A DNA stretch of 64,000 nt. Origin: Pristiophorus japonicus. Lineage: Eukaryota. The first letter of the stretch is position 1. The number at the start of each line of letters is the position of its first letter. The notes under the pieces are model-generated. The model saw nothing but the letters and a program-made list of their open reading frames with translations. It ran no database searches and had not been told where the DNA came from. Location: contig NC_091987.1 in assembly GCF_044704955.1 (NCBI RefSeq), positions 85,002,001 through 85,066,000 on the forward strand. Reading direction: 5' to 3'. The position numbers and the translations under genes were made by a program. Shown here piece by piece: positions 23,490 through 35,043 of this stretch.

Positions 23490-23800
23490 TAAAACCAGGC
23501 GGCCGCTCCCACCAGCTCCAACTCACCGACACAAGGGCCCAGCGCCGCGTCACTGGCGCCCGGCCCAAACACACTGCCCGAGCTCCGAGTCCCACTGAGG
23601 CCCGGGTCCAGGCCCGCCTCCCTCACTCTGAGTGACAGGCGCTCCGGCCACTCCACTTCCCCCGGGAGCTCCTCACCGGGCCGCCCCCGGCCAATCAGCG
23701 CCGCCGGGAGGCGGGGTTTGCGGCCATGGTTTGGGTTGAGCGAGGCTCGCGCTCGGAGCTTGGCGGTTGGGTTGAAATATTTGAATGTTTAACGGGCGGT
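23490..23800 (-). promoter_or_regulatory. CpG-island promoter / non-coding first exon upstream of the TRIM exons
   Basis: CpG-rich; CCAAT (~23691), GC boxes, ETS-like CACTTCC (~23654); consensus donor CG|GTGAGT at 23527/23526. Confidence 0.6.
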
Positions 23801-23825
23801 GACCTTTGCCCCTGTGTTCCACTCC

Positions 23826-24770
23826 AGGACATTGTGACGTATTTACTGAGGCGGCCGAGAGCTCGGGCCTTACACTAAACATCCGTAAGACAAAGGTCCT
23901 CCAGCAGCCTGTCCCCGCCGCACAGCACTGCCCCCCAGTCAGCAAGGTCCACGGCGCGGCCCTGGACACCGGGGACCATTCCCCAAACCTCGGGAGTCTC
24001 TTATCAACAAGGGCAGGCATTGACCACCAGATCCAACACCACCTCCAGTGCGTCAGTGCAGCCTTCGGCCGCCTGAGGAAAAGAGTGAAGACCAGGCCCT
24101 CAAATCTACCACCAAGCTCATGGTCTACAGGGCTGTAGTAATAGCCGCCCTCCTGTATGGCTCAGAGATATGAACCATGTACAGCAGACAGCTCAAGTCG
24201 CTGGAGAAATACCACCAACGATGTCTCCGCAAGATCCTGCAAATTCCCTGGGAGGACAGACGCACCAACGTTAGCGTCCTTGACCAGACCAACATCCCCA
24301 GCATTGAAGCACTGACCACACTTGACCAGCTCCGCTGGGCAGGCCACATTGTCCGCATGCCAGACACGAGACTCCCAAAGCAAGCGCTCTACGCAGAGCT
24401 CTGTCACGGCAAACGAGCCAAAGGTGGGCAGAGGAAACGTTACAAGGACACCCTCAAAGCTTCCCTGATAAAGTGCAACATCCCCAGTGACACCTGGGAG
24501 ACCCTGGCCAAAGACCACCCTAAGTGGAGGAAGTGCATCCGGGAGGGCACTGAGCTCTTTGAATCTCAGCGCCACGAGCATGAAGAAGTCAGATGCAGGC
24601 AGCGGAAGGAGCGTGTGATAAATCAGTGCCACCCACCCCTTCCGACGAATATCTGTCCCACCTGTGACAGGGTCTGTGGCTCTCGTATTGGACTGTTCAA
24701 CCACTAAAGAACTCATATTTTAGGAGTGGAAGCAAGTCTTCCTCGATTCAGAGGGACTGCCTATGAAAAA
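23826..24770 (+). mobile_element. RTE-clade LINE 3' fragment
   Basis: GLTLNIRKTKVL, YHQRCLRKILQIPWEDR, QLRWAGHIVRMPDTRLPKQ, C-terminal CPTCDRVC. Confidence 0.9.
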
Positions 24771-24969
24771 AGTGGGATTGGCAGGACAACAACAACAACT
24801 TGTGTTTATATAGCGCCTTTAATTCAGTAAAAGGTCACCAGGTGCTTCACAGGAGGGTCACAGATTGTTTTATCTATTCCGAGGTGGATCTGCGATTGTC
24901 ACTGAACTAATCTGCCTGCCACAATATCTACAGAATCCCGGGAATATCCGCAACCTCCCCGAGAATGGT

Positions 24970-25545
24970 TTTCATCATCATCAGCGCTCCCTGGAACCAG
25001 GATGACTTGCTTCCACATGGGTTTGCAGATGTTTCAATGAAGGAGCCGATATTCCAGTCCTGAACTCCAGTTGAAGGGTGGAAGATGCCTGTGCCTGAAT
25101 TGTTTTAACATGTGGTGACCGTCTCACACCAGCCGCCACACGGGATTGACAGAGCTCGGCCTTTATCCAGTGGCAAGGGTTAACCAGGACGGCAGGAGAC
25201 CTGCTCTGCTGCAAGGACCTAGTGCGCACACATATCGCAGTGTGGACAGGTCCGTGCTGCCCCTGGACTCTCGGCTCTTCTGGGCCCCGTACCCTCATTC
25301 ATCGCACCTCCGCCACGATCTCTCACCGTTCCTCCGCCACGATCTCTCACCGCTCATCCGCCCCGACCTTCCCGCTCCTCCGCTGTACCTGGACCCCGCT
25401 GATGTTCCTGCCCACGCCCCAAACTGTGACCTGGGTTTTGATGATGTCATCCAGTCGCCCACCTCGAAGCCGTCGCACACTTGTAGCAGCTCACTCTGGA
25501 AGCTGCAGTGGTATGCTCTTTTATCCTCCCGACCCGCCGTGGCTT
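24970..25545 (-). mobile_element. RTE-related non-autonomous element / SINE (fragments also at ~3950-4080 and ~33680-33810)
   Basis: (TGA)n tail and GTGGAAGCAAGTCATCC shared with the RTE 3' end at ~24726. Confidence 0.65.
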
Positions 25546-25875
25546 TTTTTTCTTCAAAAATGTACTTTATTCATATAAAATTTTCACAATACATTGGAAA
25601 ATAGTTCAGTACCTTGTGGTCAGCAATTCCATACAATTTGTTTGGATGCTGACAGCAGTTCCATACGATGCACTAGCGTGCATTTCATTTCAAGGTACAG
25701 TTTAGTACAATCCGTAAATCACGTTACATGTAGTACTGTGCAAATAAGGGTATTACATGGAGCAGATAATAACAGGTTTACATTACATTCCAGGATACAT
25801 TTCAATACCAATCACAAATCACGTTACATGTAGCACTATGCAGATGAAAGCAGCACACGGAACAGATGAGAATAT
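25546..25875 (-). mobile_element. Polyadenylated 3' end fragment, probably L1/Tx1-type
   Basis: Minus strand AATAAAGTACATTTTTGAAGAAAAAAAA; AT-rich body. Confidence 0.45.
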
Positions 25876-26435
25876 GTCCTCTCGCAGGTCGAGATGGCCT
25901 GTGATGTCCCAGGACCCACGCTGCTCTTTTATCCTCCCGACCTGTGGTGGTGACCTCTCACAGGTCGGGGTGGGCCACGATGTCCCAGGACCCACGCTGC
26001 TCTTTTATCCTCCCGACCTGTGGTGGTGACCGCTCACAGGTCAGGGTGGGCCACGATGTCCCAGGACCCACGCTGCTCTTTTATCCTCCCGACCTGCGGT
26101 GGTGACCTCTCACAGGTCAGGGTGGGCCACGATGTCCCAGGACCCACGCTGCTCTTTTATCCTCCCGACCTGCGGTGGTGTCCTCTCACAGGTCGGGGTG
26201 GGCCACGATGTCCCAGGACCCACGCTGCTCTTTTATCCTCCCGACCTGCGGTGGTGTCCTCTCGCAGGTCGGGGTGGCACACGATGTCCCAGGACCCAGG
26301 CTGCTCTTTTATCCTCCCGACCTGCGGTGGTGACCTCTCACAGGTCGGGGTGGCACACGATGTCCCAGGACCCACGCTGCTCTTTTATCCTCCCGACCTG
26401 CGGTGGTGACCTCTCACATGTCGGGGTGGCCCGCG
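25876..26435. repeat. 76-bp hairpin-containing minisatellite (~7 units)
   Basis: Period 76 (25903, 25979, 26055...); each unit has the inverted repeat CCCGACCTG...CAGGTCGGG. Confidence 0.93.
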
Positions 26436-26554
26436 ATGAATGAGTGCCCCGGGAATAAGTTGCCCTGATATTGACGCTCAGATTGTAATTATTTCTGTGG
26501 TGCCCAACTTTAATATTCTCCTGAAAGTCCCACTGCAATCCAGTTCCAGTTCCA

Positions 26555-28569
26555 TTGAGGGTGTAAAAGAAAAGATAGCCATCCGTGGCTAACTAAAGAA
26601 ATAAAGGATGGTATCCAATTAAAAGCAAGGGCATACAAAGTGGCGAAAACTAGTGGAAGGACAGAAGATTGGGAAGCTTTTAAAAGCCAGCAAAGAATGA
26701 CTAAAAATATCATTAAGAAAGGGAAGATAGACTATGAAAGTAAACTAGCACAAAATATAAAAACAGATAGCAAGAGTTTCTCTCGGTATATAAAAAGGAA
26801 AAGAGTGGCTAAAGTAAATGTTGGTCCCTCAGAGGACGAGGACGAGAACGGGAATTAGTGATGGGGAACATGGAGATGGCAGAAACTCTGAACAAATATT
26901 TTGTATCAGTCTTTATGGTAGAGGACACAAACAATATTCCATCAGTGGATAGTCAAGGGGCTATTGGGGAGGAGGAACTTATCACAATCACGAAGAAGTA
27001 AGATAATGTGACTAAAGGCAGATAAATCCCCTGGATCTGATGACTTGCATCCTAGGGTCTTAAGAGAAGTAATGGCAGGGATAGTGGATGCATTGGTTAT
27101 AATTTACCAAAATTCTCTGGATTCTGGGAGGTCTCAGCAGATTGGAAAACGGCAAATGTAACACCACTATTTAAAAAAGGAGGCAGACAAAAAGCAGGAA
27201 ACTAGACCAGTTAGCTTAACATCTGTGGTTGGGAAAATGTTGGAGTCCATTATTAAAGCAGCAGTAGCAGAATATTTGGAAAAGCATAATTCAGCAGAGT
27301 CAGCACGGAATAATGAAGGGGAAGTCATGTTTGACAAATTGCTGGAATTCTTTAAGGATGTAACGAACAGGGTGGATGAAGGGGAACCAGTGGATTTGGT
27401 GTATTTGGACTTCCAGCAGGCATTTGACAAGGTGCCACATAAAAGGTTACTGCGCAAGATAAAAGTTCACGGGGTTGGGGGTAATATATTAGCATGGATA
27501 GAGGATTGGCTAACAGAAAACAGAGAGTCGGGATAAATGGTTCATTCTCGGGTTGGCAATCAGTAACTAGTGGGGTGCCGCTGGGACCCCAACTATTTAC
27601 AATCTATATTAACAACTTGGAAGAAAGGACCGAGTGTAACGTAGCCAAGTTTGCTGACAATGCAAAGATGTGATAAAAAGCAATGTGTGAGGAGGACACA
27701 AAAAACCTGCAAAACAATAGACAGGCTATGTGAGTGGGCAAAAATTTGGCAGATGGAGTATAATGTTGGAAAGTGAGGGTCATGCACTTTGGCAAAACAA
27801 ATCAAAGAGCAAGTTATTATTTAAATGGAGAAAAATTGCAAAGTGCTGCAGTGCAACGGGACCTGGGTTATTTGTGCATGAAACACAAAAGGTTAGTATT
27901 CAGGTACAGCAAGTGATCAGGAAGGCCAATGGTATCTTGGCTTTTATTGCAAAGGGGATGGAGTATAAAAACAGGGAAGTCTTGCTTGTTGTACAGGGTA
28001 TTGGTGAGGCCACGCCTGGAATACTGCCTTGGTTTCCATATTTACGAAAGGATGTACTTGCTTTGGAGGCAGTTCAGAGAAGGTTCACTAGGTTGATTCC
28101 GGAGATGAGAGGGTTGACTTACGAGGAAAGGTTGAGGAGAATGGGCCTATACTCATTGCTATTCAGAAGAATGAGAGGTGATCTTATCGAAACGTATAAG
28201 ATTATGAGGGAGGTTGATAAGGTGGATGCAGAGAGGATGTTTCCACTGATAGGGGAGACTAGAACTTGGGGGCATAATCTTAGAATAAGGGGCCGCCCAT
28301 TTAAAACTGAGATGAGGAGAAATTTCTTCTCTCAGGGTTGTAAATCTGTGGAATTCGCTGCCTCAGAGAACTGTGGAAGCTGGGACATTGAATAAATTTA
28401 AGACAGCGGTAGACAGTTTATTAATTGAAAAGGGATTAAGGGGTTATGGGGAGTGGGCAGGAAAGTGGACCTGAGTCTATAATCAGATCGGCCATGATTG
28501 TATTAAATGGCGGAGCAGGCTCCAGGGGCCATTTGGCCTACTCCTGCTCCTATTTCTTGTGTTCTTATG
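26555..28569 (+). mobile_element. CR1 ORF2 3' half with tail (longer partner of 9485-10428)
   Basis: RT motifs; tail TATTTCTTGTGTTCTTATGT. Confidence 0.93.
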
Positions 28570-28677
28570 TAAAAGGCCGATGATAATCAGCCCTTGATGA
28601 ATCGACTAACTCTGGCAGATAGGGACGTGATCTTTGGGTTTGAGGTTCCTGTGTGCTAATCTTCTCCTTCTAATATT
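28570..28677 (-). pseudogene. Truncated ZNF main-exon start (right arm copy)
   Basis: Mirror of 9381-9484, cut by the same CR1. Confidence 0.75.
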
Positions 28678-28884
28678 CTTTAAAAGGAGTTTACAAAAGT
28701 CATCACTGTAAGTACAAGATAGAACTACAGAACATTCTCTCCTTCTTGTTCCTGTCCCGTGGGCCATGCAGCACCGATACACTTGGGTAATCTGGGCCTG
28801 TCACTGATGCGAAAACCCGCAGCTCCCGCCCCGCTGGACACACACGTGACAACCAATGGGCCAATGGTTTTCCTGGTGCCCTCC

Positions 28885-29190
28885 CCGCCCCTGGTGCCAG
28901 GCTCGGTATTCGGCCATCCTGTGGGGTCAGTGCCCTCCCCTGCTGCCAGGCTCGGTATACGCCCATCCTGTGGGGTCGGTGCCCTCCCCTGCTGCCAGGC
29001 TAGATACACGGCCATCCTGTATGGTCAGTGCCCTCCCCTGCTGCCAGGCTAGATACATGGCCATCCTGTGGGGTCAGTGCCCTCCCCTGGTGCCAGGCTC
29101 AGTATACGCCCATCCTGTGGGGTCGGTGCCCTCCCCTGGTGCCAGGCTCGGTATACACCATCCTGTGGGCTCAGTGCCCTCCCCACCAGG
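28885..29190. repeat. ~49-bp minisatellite (right arm copy)
   Basis: Reverse complement of the 8855-9215 unit. Confidence 0.9.
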
Positions 29191-29580
29191 CTACATGACG
29201 TCACAGAGACGGCATTGCCAGGTTACTGATGTCACACAGCTCGCGTTGCTGGGGTTTTGATGTCACACACTCATTATTGCCGGGTTGTTGACGTCACTGG
29301 CGCTGAGCGAGCGGCGGCGCGAATTCGAATCGCAGCCACGTGACCCGGAGCGAGCCCGCCTGGGACTGTGGGAGCGGGCGGGGTAAGTGGCAGATACAGG
29401 GTCACGATTGGTGGGTGGACTGTCAATCAGGTCAATCAGCCAATTGCAGGGGCGGACAACGCCTCCCTGAGCGCGCTGTGAGGCGGCACTGTGCATGTCC
29501 AGGAACCCCGGAGGTCGGCCGTTGGTGAAGGTAAACAAGATGGCGGAAAGTGAGCGGAGCTGAGCGGCACCGGGCGGGAG
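29190..29580. promoter_or_regulatory. CpG-island bidirectional promoter (right arm)
   Basis: TGACGTCA at ~29196 and ~29289 (two other sites read TGATGTCA); CCAAT boxes; CAAGATGGCGG YY1 motif at ~29536; candidate donors AAG|GTAAAC and AA|GTGAGC. Confidence 0.72.
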
Positions 29581-29751
29581 AGGGGACCGAGGGAGAGTGT
29601 CCCGGGGGGAGAGGGGAAGAGAGACACGGACACCTCCCCAGAATGACTGGGGAGAGAGTAGTGGGGGAGGTTACTGGGAAAGCTGAGGGACTTATGTAAC
29701 CGTTCCCTAACACCCCTCCTCTCCCTGTACCTTCCGGCCCCCGGGTCCCGG

Positions 29752-31098
29752 AGAGATCAGACAGTGTGTAACCCGGGGGCCCAGTGAGATCAGACAGTGT
29801 GTAACCCGGGGGCCCAGTGAGATCAGACAGTGTGTAACCCGGGGGCCCAGTGAGATCAGACAGTGTGTAACCCGGGGGCCCAGTGAGATCAGACAGTGTG
29901 TAACCCGGGGGCCCAGTGAGATCAGACAGTGTGTAACCCGGGGGCCCAGTGAGATCAGACAGTGTGTAACCCGGGGACCCAGTGAGATCAGACAGTGTGT
30001 AACCCGGGGGCCCAGTGAGATCAGACAGTGTGTAACCCGGGGGCCCAGTGAGATCAGACAGTGTGTAACCCGGGGGCCCAGTGAGATCAGACAGTGTGTA
30101 ACCCGGGGGCCCAGTGAGATCAGACAGTGTGTAACCCGGGGGCCCAGTGAGATCAGACAGTGTGTAACCCGGGGGCCCAGTGAGATCAGACAGTGTGTAA
30201 CCCGGGGGCCCAGTGAGATCAGACAGTGTGTAACCCGGGGGCCCAGTGAGATCAGACAGTGTGTAACCCGGGGGCCCAGTGAGATCAGACAGTGTGTAAC
30301 CCGGAGGCCCAGTGAGATCAGACAGTGTGTAACCCGGGGGCCCAGTGAGATCAGACAGTGTGTAACCCGGGGGCCCAGTGAGATCAGACAGTGTGTAACC
30401 CGGGAGCCCAGTGAGATCAGACAGTGTGTAACCCGGGGGCCCAGTGAGATCAGACAGTGTGTAACCCGGGGGCCCAGTGAGACAGTGAGATCAGACAGTG
30501 TGTAACCCGGAGGCCCAGTGAGATCAGACAGTGTGTAACCCGGGGGCCCAGTGAGATCAGACAGTGTGTAACCCGGGGGCCCAGTGAGATCAGACAGTGT
30601 GTAACCCGGGGGCCCAGTGAGATCAGACAGTGTGTAACCCGGGGGCCCAGTGAGATCAGACAGTGTGTAACCCGGAGGCCCAGTGAGATCAGACAGCGTG
30701 TAACCCGGGGGCCCAGTGAGATCAGACAGTGTGTAACCCGGGGGCCCAGTGAGATCAGACAGCGTGTAACCCGGGGGCCCAGTGAGATCAGACAGCGTGT
30801 AACCCGGGGGCCCAGTGAGATCAGACAGCGTGTAACCTGGGGGCCCAGTGAGATCAGACACTGTGTAACCTGGGGGCCAGTGAGATCAGACACTGTAACC
30901 CGGGGGCCAGTGAGATCAGACACTGTGTAACCTGGGGGCCAGTGAGATCAGACAGTGTGTAACCCGGGGGCCAGTGAGATCAGACACTGTGTAACCCGGG
31001 GACCCAGTGAGATCAGACACTGTAACCCGGGGGCCCAGTGAGATCAGACAGTGTGTAACCCGGGGGCCCAGTGAGATCAGACAGTGTGTAACCCGGGG
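29752..31098. repeat. 33-bp minisatellite (~41 units, very homogeneous)
   Basis: Reverse complement of the 7420-8181 unit. Confidence 0.97.
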
Positions 31099-31271
31099 AG
31101 AATTCTAGTGATTTTCTGTAAGCCCAGACGTGTGGGACAGAAATCTGAGGAAAAGGATAAAATCAAACAGAAATACTGGACATATACTTATCTGAAACGT
31201 TGGAAAAACATTTTACATTACATTCCACTTCACAACATTAATAATCTAATTTCCTGCCCTGTGATAATTAG

Positions 31272-31435
31272 ATCCAGGTGAATGGCGGAGTGATTGAGAA
31301 AGTTCCACAGCTGGAAGGAAACAGGGATTGTGGACTGAGGAACAACAGCAGGTGAACCAGCACAGAATTGTGAGAGCACCAACCAGTGAGCCCCTTCCGA
31401 TTGAAAGCGCTTCAATAGATCGACTGGGGAGAAAG
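31272..31435 (+). ncRNA. Putative non-coding exon (right arm copy)
   Basis: TTCCTGCCCTGTGATAATTAG|...GAAAG|GTAAGA. Confidence 0.55.
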
Positions 31436-34400
31436 GTAAGAGAAAGTGCCATTTACTCAGATACACACCGGTCCTGTAGACAGTACACACAGGTTACAAG
31501 GTAAGACAGGAAATGGGACCGGGGGAGACTGACCACCGAGCACAATTATCCAGCATGAGGGCCGTGCAATGGGATGTGAAGTGAGATCAGTTTCTGTCTC
31601 TAAACACAGTCACAGTGACTCTTGTGTGTGTTTTAGAGTAAAGGGCTTTGATCTAAGAGGTGACTCCAGTTTGAGACAGAGCCCAGCAGATGAACCGGTC
31701 TCTGTACATTAGTTGCGGCTGAACTCACACCGACACCATCAGATCGCAATGTTCAAATATTTCCCATCTCGTGAGAGAGCCAATGAAAAGATTGAACCGG
31801 AAACACATCGTCAATTCACTGATCACGGTGCACAGACCCATCTGAAAGACCAGCACGGCCTATCACCCACAGAATCAATTATTCATTCATGGACATTTAG
31901 AATTATAAGAAATTATATTGATAACTACTTTATATTGATTACTAATATTGAAGCATTGATCACGAGAGATATGTAGTATTCTAAAATACTGAAACACAGA
32001 TATGGAGAGTTGCAATTTATTGATTGGCGTCGTACTTGACCCCGAGATGAGCTTCCGAACCCATATTCCCTCAATCACCAAGTACGCTTACTTCCACCTC
32101 CATAACATCACCGGTCTCTGCCCCTTCCTCAGCTCATCTGCTCAAACCCTCACACCTCGCACTCTCCGTAAACATAAGCTTAAACTTAGGGGGCATAGTT
32201 TTAAGGTGGTTGGTGGAAGGTTTAGAGGGGATTTGAGGGGGGGCTTCTTTACGCAGAGGGTTTTGGGGATCTGGAACTCACTGCCTGGAAGAGTGGTGGA
32301 TACAGAAACCCTCACCGCTTTGAAGAGATGGTTGGATGGGCACAAAGTGCTGTAACCTGCAGGGTACGGACCTAGAGCTGGTAATTGGGATTAGACGAGA
32401 TCACCTCTTGTTGGCCGGCGCAGATATAATGGTAAGTGCTGCAAGGAATCAAATATGGCCAGGGTGATCTGGACTAGTTTCGATCGCCTGGATGGGTAGG
32501 AGAGAAATTTTCCCACATTTTCTTTCCCTATATTGGCCTGGGTTTTTATCTGTTTTTTGTCTCTCCCAGGACATCACATGGTTCTGGTTGGGGTGGAGTA
32601 TAGAATGTTTCGGTGTAAGGGGTGTCGCAGTTGTGTGAGGCGTGCTGGTTGGGCTGGGTGCTATTTACCTTTCCGCCATTGTTCATTGTTCATAGGTTTA
32701 TATGTAACCTTCAGGGCTGCTGACAAAGGCCGTGCGGCTCTTTGTCGGCCGGCACAGACACGATGATCTGAAATGGCCTCCTTCTGCGCTGTAAATTTCT
32801 ATGTTTCTTCAACACTCCTGCCCGTATCCTTACTCAAGAACACAAGAAGTAGCAGCAGGAGTTGGCCATACTGCCCCTCCCATTCTACTCCGCCATTCAG
32901 TAAGATCTCTATTCGATAGAGAATTTTAAAGATTCACAACTCTCTGAGTGAAGAAATAGCTCCTCCACATAGTTTTAAATGACCGATCTCTTATCCTAAT
33001 ACTAGGACCCCTAACTCTAGACTATCAAGCCCTTGTCAATTCCTCTCAGAATTTTATATGTTTCAGTGATATCATCTTCCGTTCTTCTAAACTCCAGAGA
33101 ATATAGGCCTATTCTACTCAATCTGTCCTCAGTCCTCTCATCACAACTTGTACCAATTTCCATTCACCCATCACCCCTGAGCTCGCTGAACTACATTGGC
33201 TCCTGGTCCATCAATGTCTCGCTTTCAAAATTCTCATCCTTGTTTTGAAATCCATCCAGGACCTTGCCCCTCCCTGTTGCTGTCACCTCCTCCAGCGCGA
33301 CAACCCTCAGACCTTTGCGTTCCTCCAATTCTGGCCTCTTGAGCAGCCCCAATTTTCAGCAATATTGGTGGCCGTACATTCAGCTGTCGAGGCCATAAGC
33401 TCTGGAATTCCTCCCTAAACCTCTCCACCTTTAAAATGCTCCTTAATACCTACCCTTTTGAACAAACTTTGAGTCACCTGTGCTAATATTTCCTGACGTG
33501 ACTGGGTGTCAAAGTTTGTTTGCTAACAGTCCTGTGAAGGGACATTTTATTATGTTTAAGGCGTGATATAGATGCCATTTGTTGCTGATAACTGAAGATA
33601 TTTTGATTCGTAATATAACGAAACTGTAGGCATGGGGAATTGCAATAGATTGATAACTGCAGAGGAAGAGGATTGTTATGTATTGCTAATAGTGTGAATT
33701 ATTTTCATGTGAGGTGGCCCTTGCACATTCGCTACCACACGGGCTTGGCAGAGCAAGGTCTTGGTCCAGTGGCAAGGGGATTCAAGATGACAGGAGACCA
33801 GGCTCTGCTGCATGTTTCCTCTGGCACTGATTCTCACTGAGATACAGTTTTTTCTGGCACTGATTCTCACTGGGATACAGTTTCCTGTAGCACTGACTCT
33901 CACTGGAATACAGTTTCCTCTGGCACTGACTGTCACTGGGGTACAGTTTCCTCTGGCACCGACTGTCACTGGGGTACAGTTTCCTCTGGCAGACTCTTGC
34001 GGTACAGTTTCATCTGGCACTGACTCTCTCTTGGGTACAGTTTCCTCTGGCACAGATTTACTGTATCTAATTCGTGCTGTCCCTGCCCTGAGAGTGCATG
34101 ATGGGACAGTTTAGAGGGAGCTTTAACCTGAAACTGATCAGGAGCTGCGGGTGGAAAGTTTTCAGTGCAGTGGCAGATCGTACTGCTGCTGAATTTTAAT
34201 TGATAAGCTGCCAGCAGCGCAGTCGGGACGGACACCGAAGTGTGCCCTGCGGCAGTGTAGAGGAAACTTTACTCTGTATCTAACCCTACACCACCTAGTC
34301 TGTGGGAATTTAGTGTGAACTTGAAAGCAATTGCTAGGGTAGATAGAGAGAAATTTATTCTGCTGCTTGGGGTAGCTAGGACGAGGGGACATAACCTTAA

Positions 34401-34599
34401 AATCAGAGCAAGGCCATTCAGGAGAGATGTTAGGATACACTTCTTCACTCAATGGATGGTTGAAGTGTGGAACTTCCCACAATAAGCAATCGATGCTCGC
34501 CCATTGAATAATTCTGGGCCAGTTGTGATGTCTGTCAAATGACCTGTTGCTTGTTCCCTTGGATTGGATCTTTATTTATTCCCTTTGGTTTGTTTTCAG

Positions 34600-34900
34600 C
34601 TTCACTGCTGGACCCACTACTCAAAGCACTTTGTCTGATCTGCCCCTGGGAATGAGCAGACTCTTCCCTCATCTCCCACACTGCACCGTCTGTCCTCCTC
34701 TTTCCCCCTTGGTTGTGTTCCACACTTTGGGCCTTGGGCCTTCCCTGGGGATTCTCAGTATGAACAGGGAGATGTGTGTTGAGACAGGATGTCCCAGCTC
34801 TCCACCTTTAAAGAGACACGGAGAGGACCCACTGGGCTGAATGGCCCTGCTTTATGACATCACTGCAGTACCTAGCAACCCACCTCCCTGAGCCCTGCTC
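34600..34900 (+). pseudogene. Possible decayed PRY/SPRY-like exon (right arm copy)
   Basis: TTGTTTTCAG|CT TCA CTG CTG GAC CCA = (A)SLLDP; mirror of 3000-3314. Confidence 0.3.
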
Positions 34901-35043
34901 ATTATGGGCTGGCAGTGTCTGATGGGACAGTGTAGAGAGAGAAAGACTTGGATTTATTTGTTGCCTTTCACGACCACCGGACCTCTCAAAGCGCTTTACA
35001 GCCAATGAAGTACTTTTGGATTGTAGTCACTGTTGTAGTAAGG

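Noticed and set aside
29707-30923. 384-aa and 157-aa ORFs (also 7306-7836)
   Set aside because: Pure translation of the 33-bp minisatellite; the unit length is a multiple of 3 and lacks stops; no supported ATG or exon context
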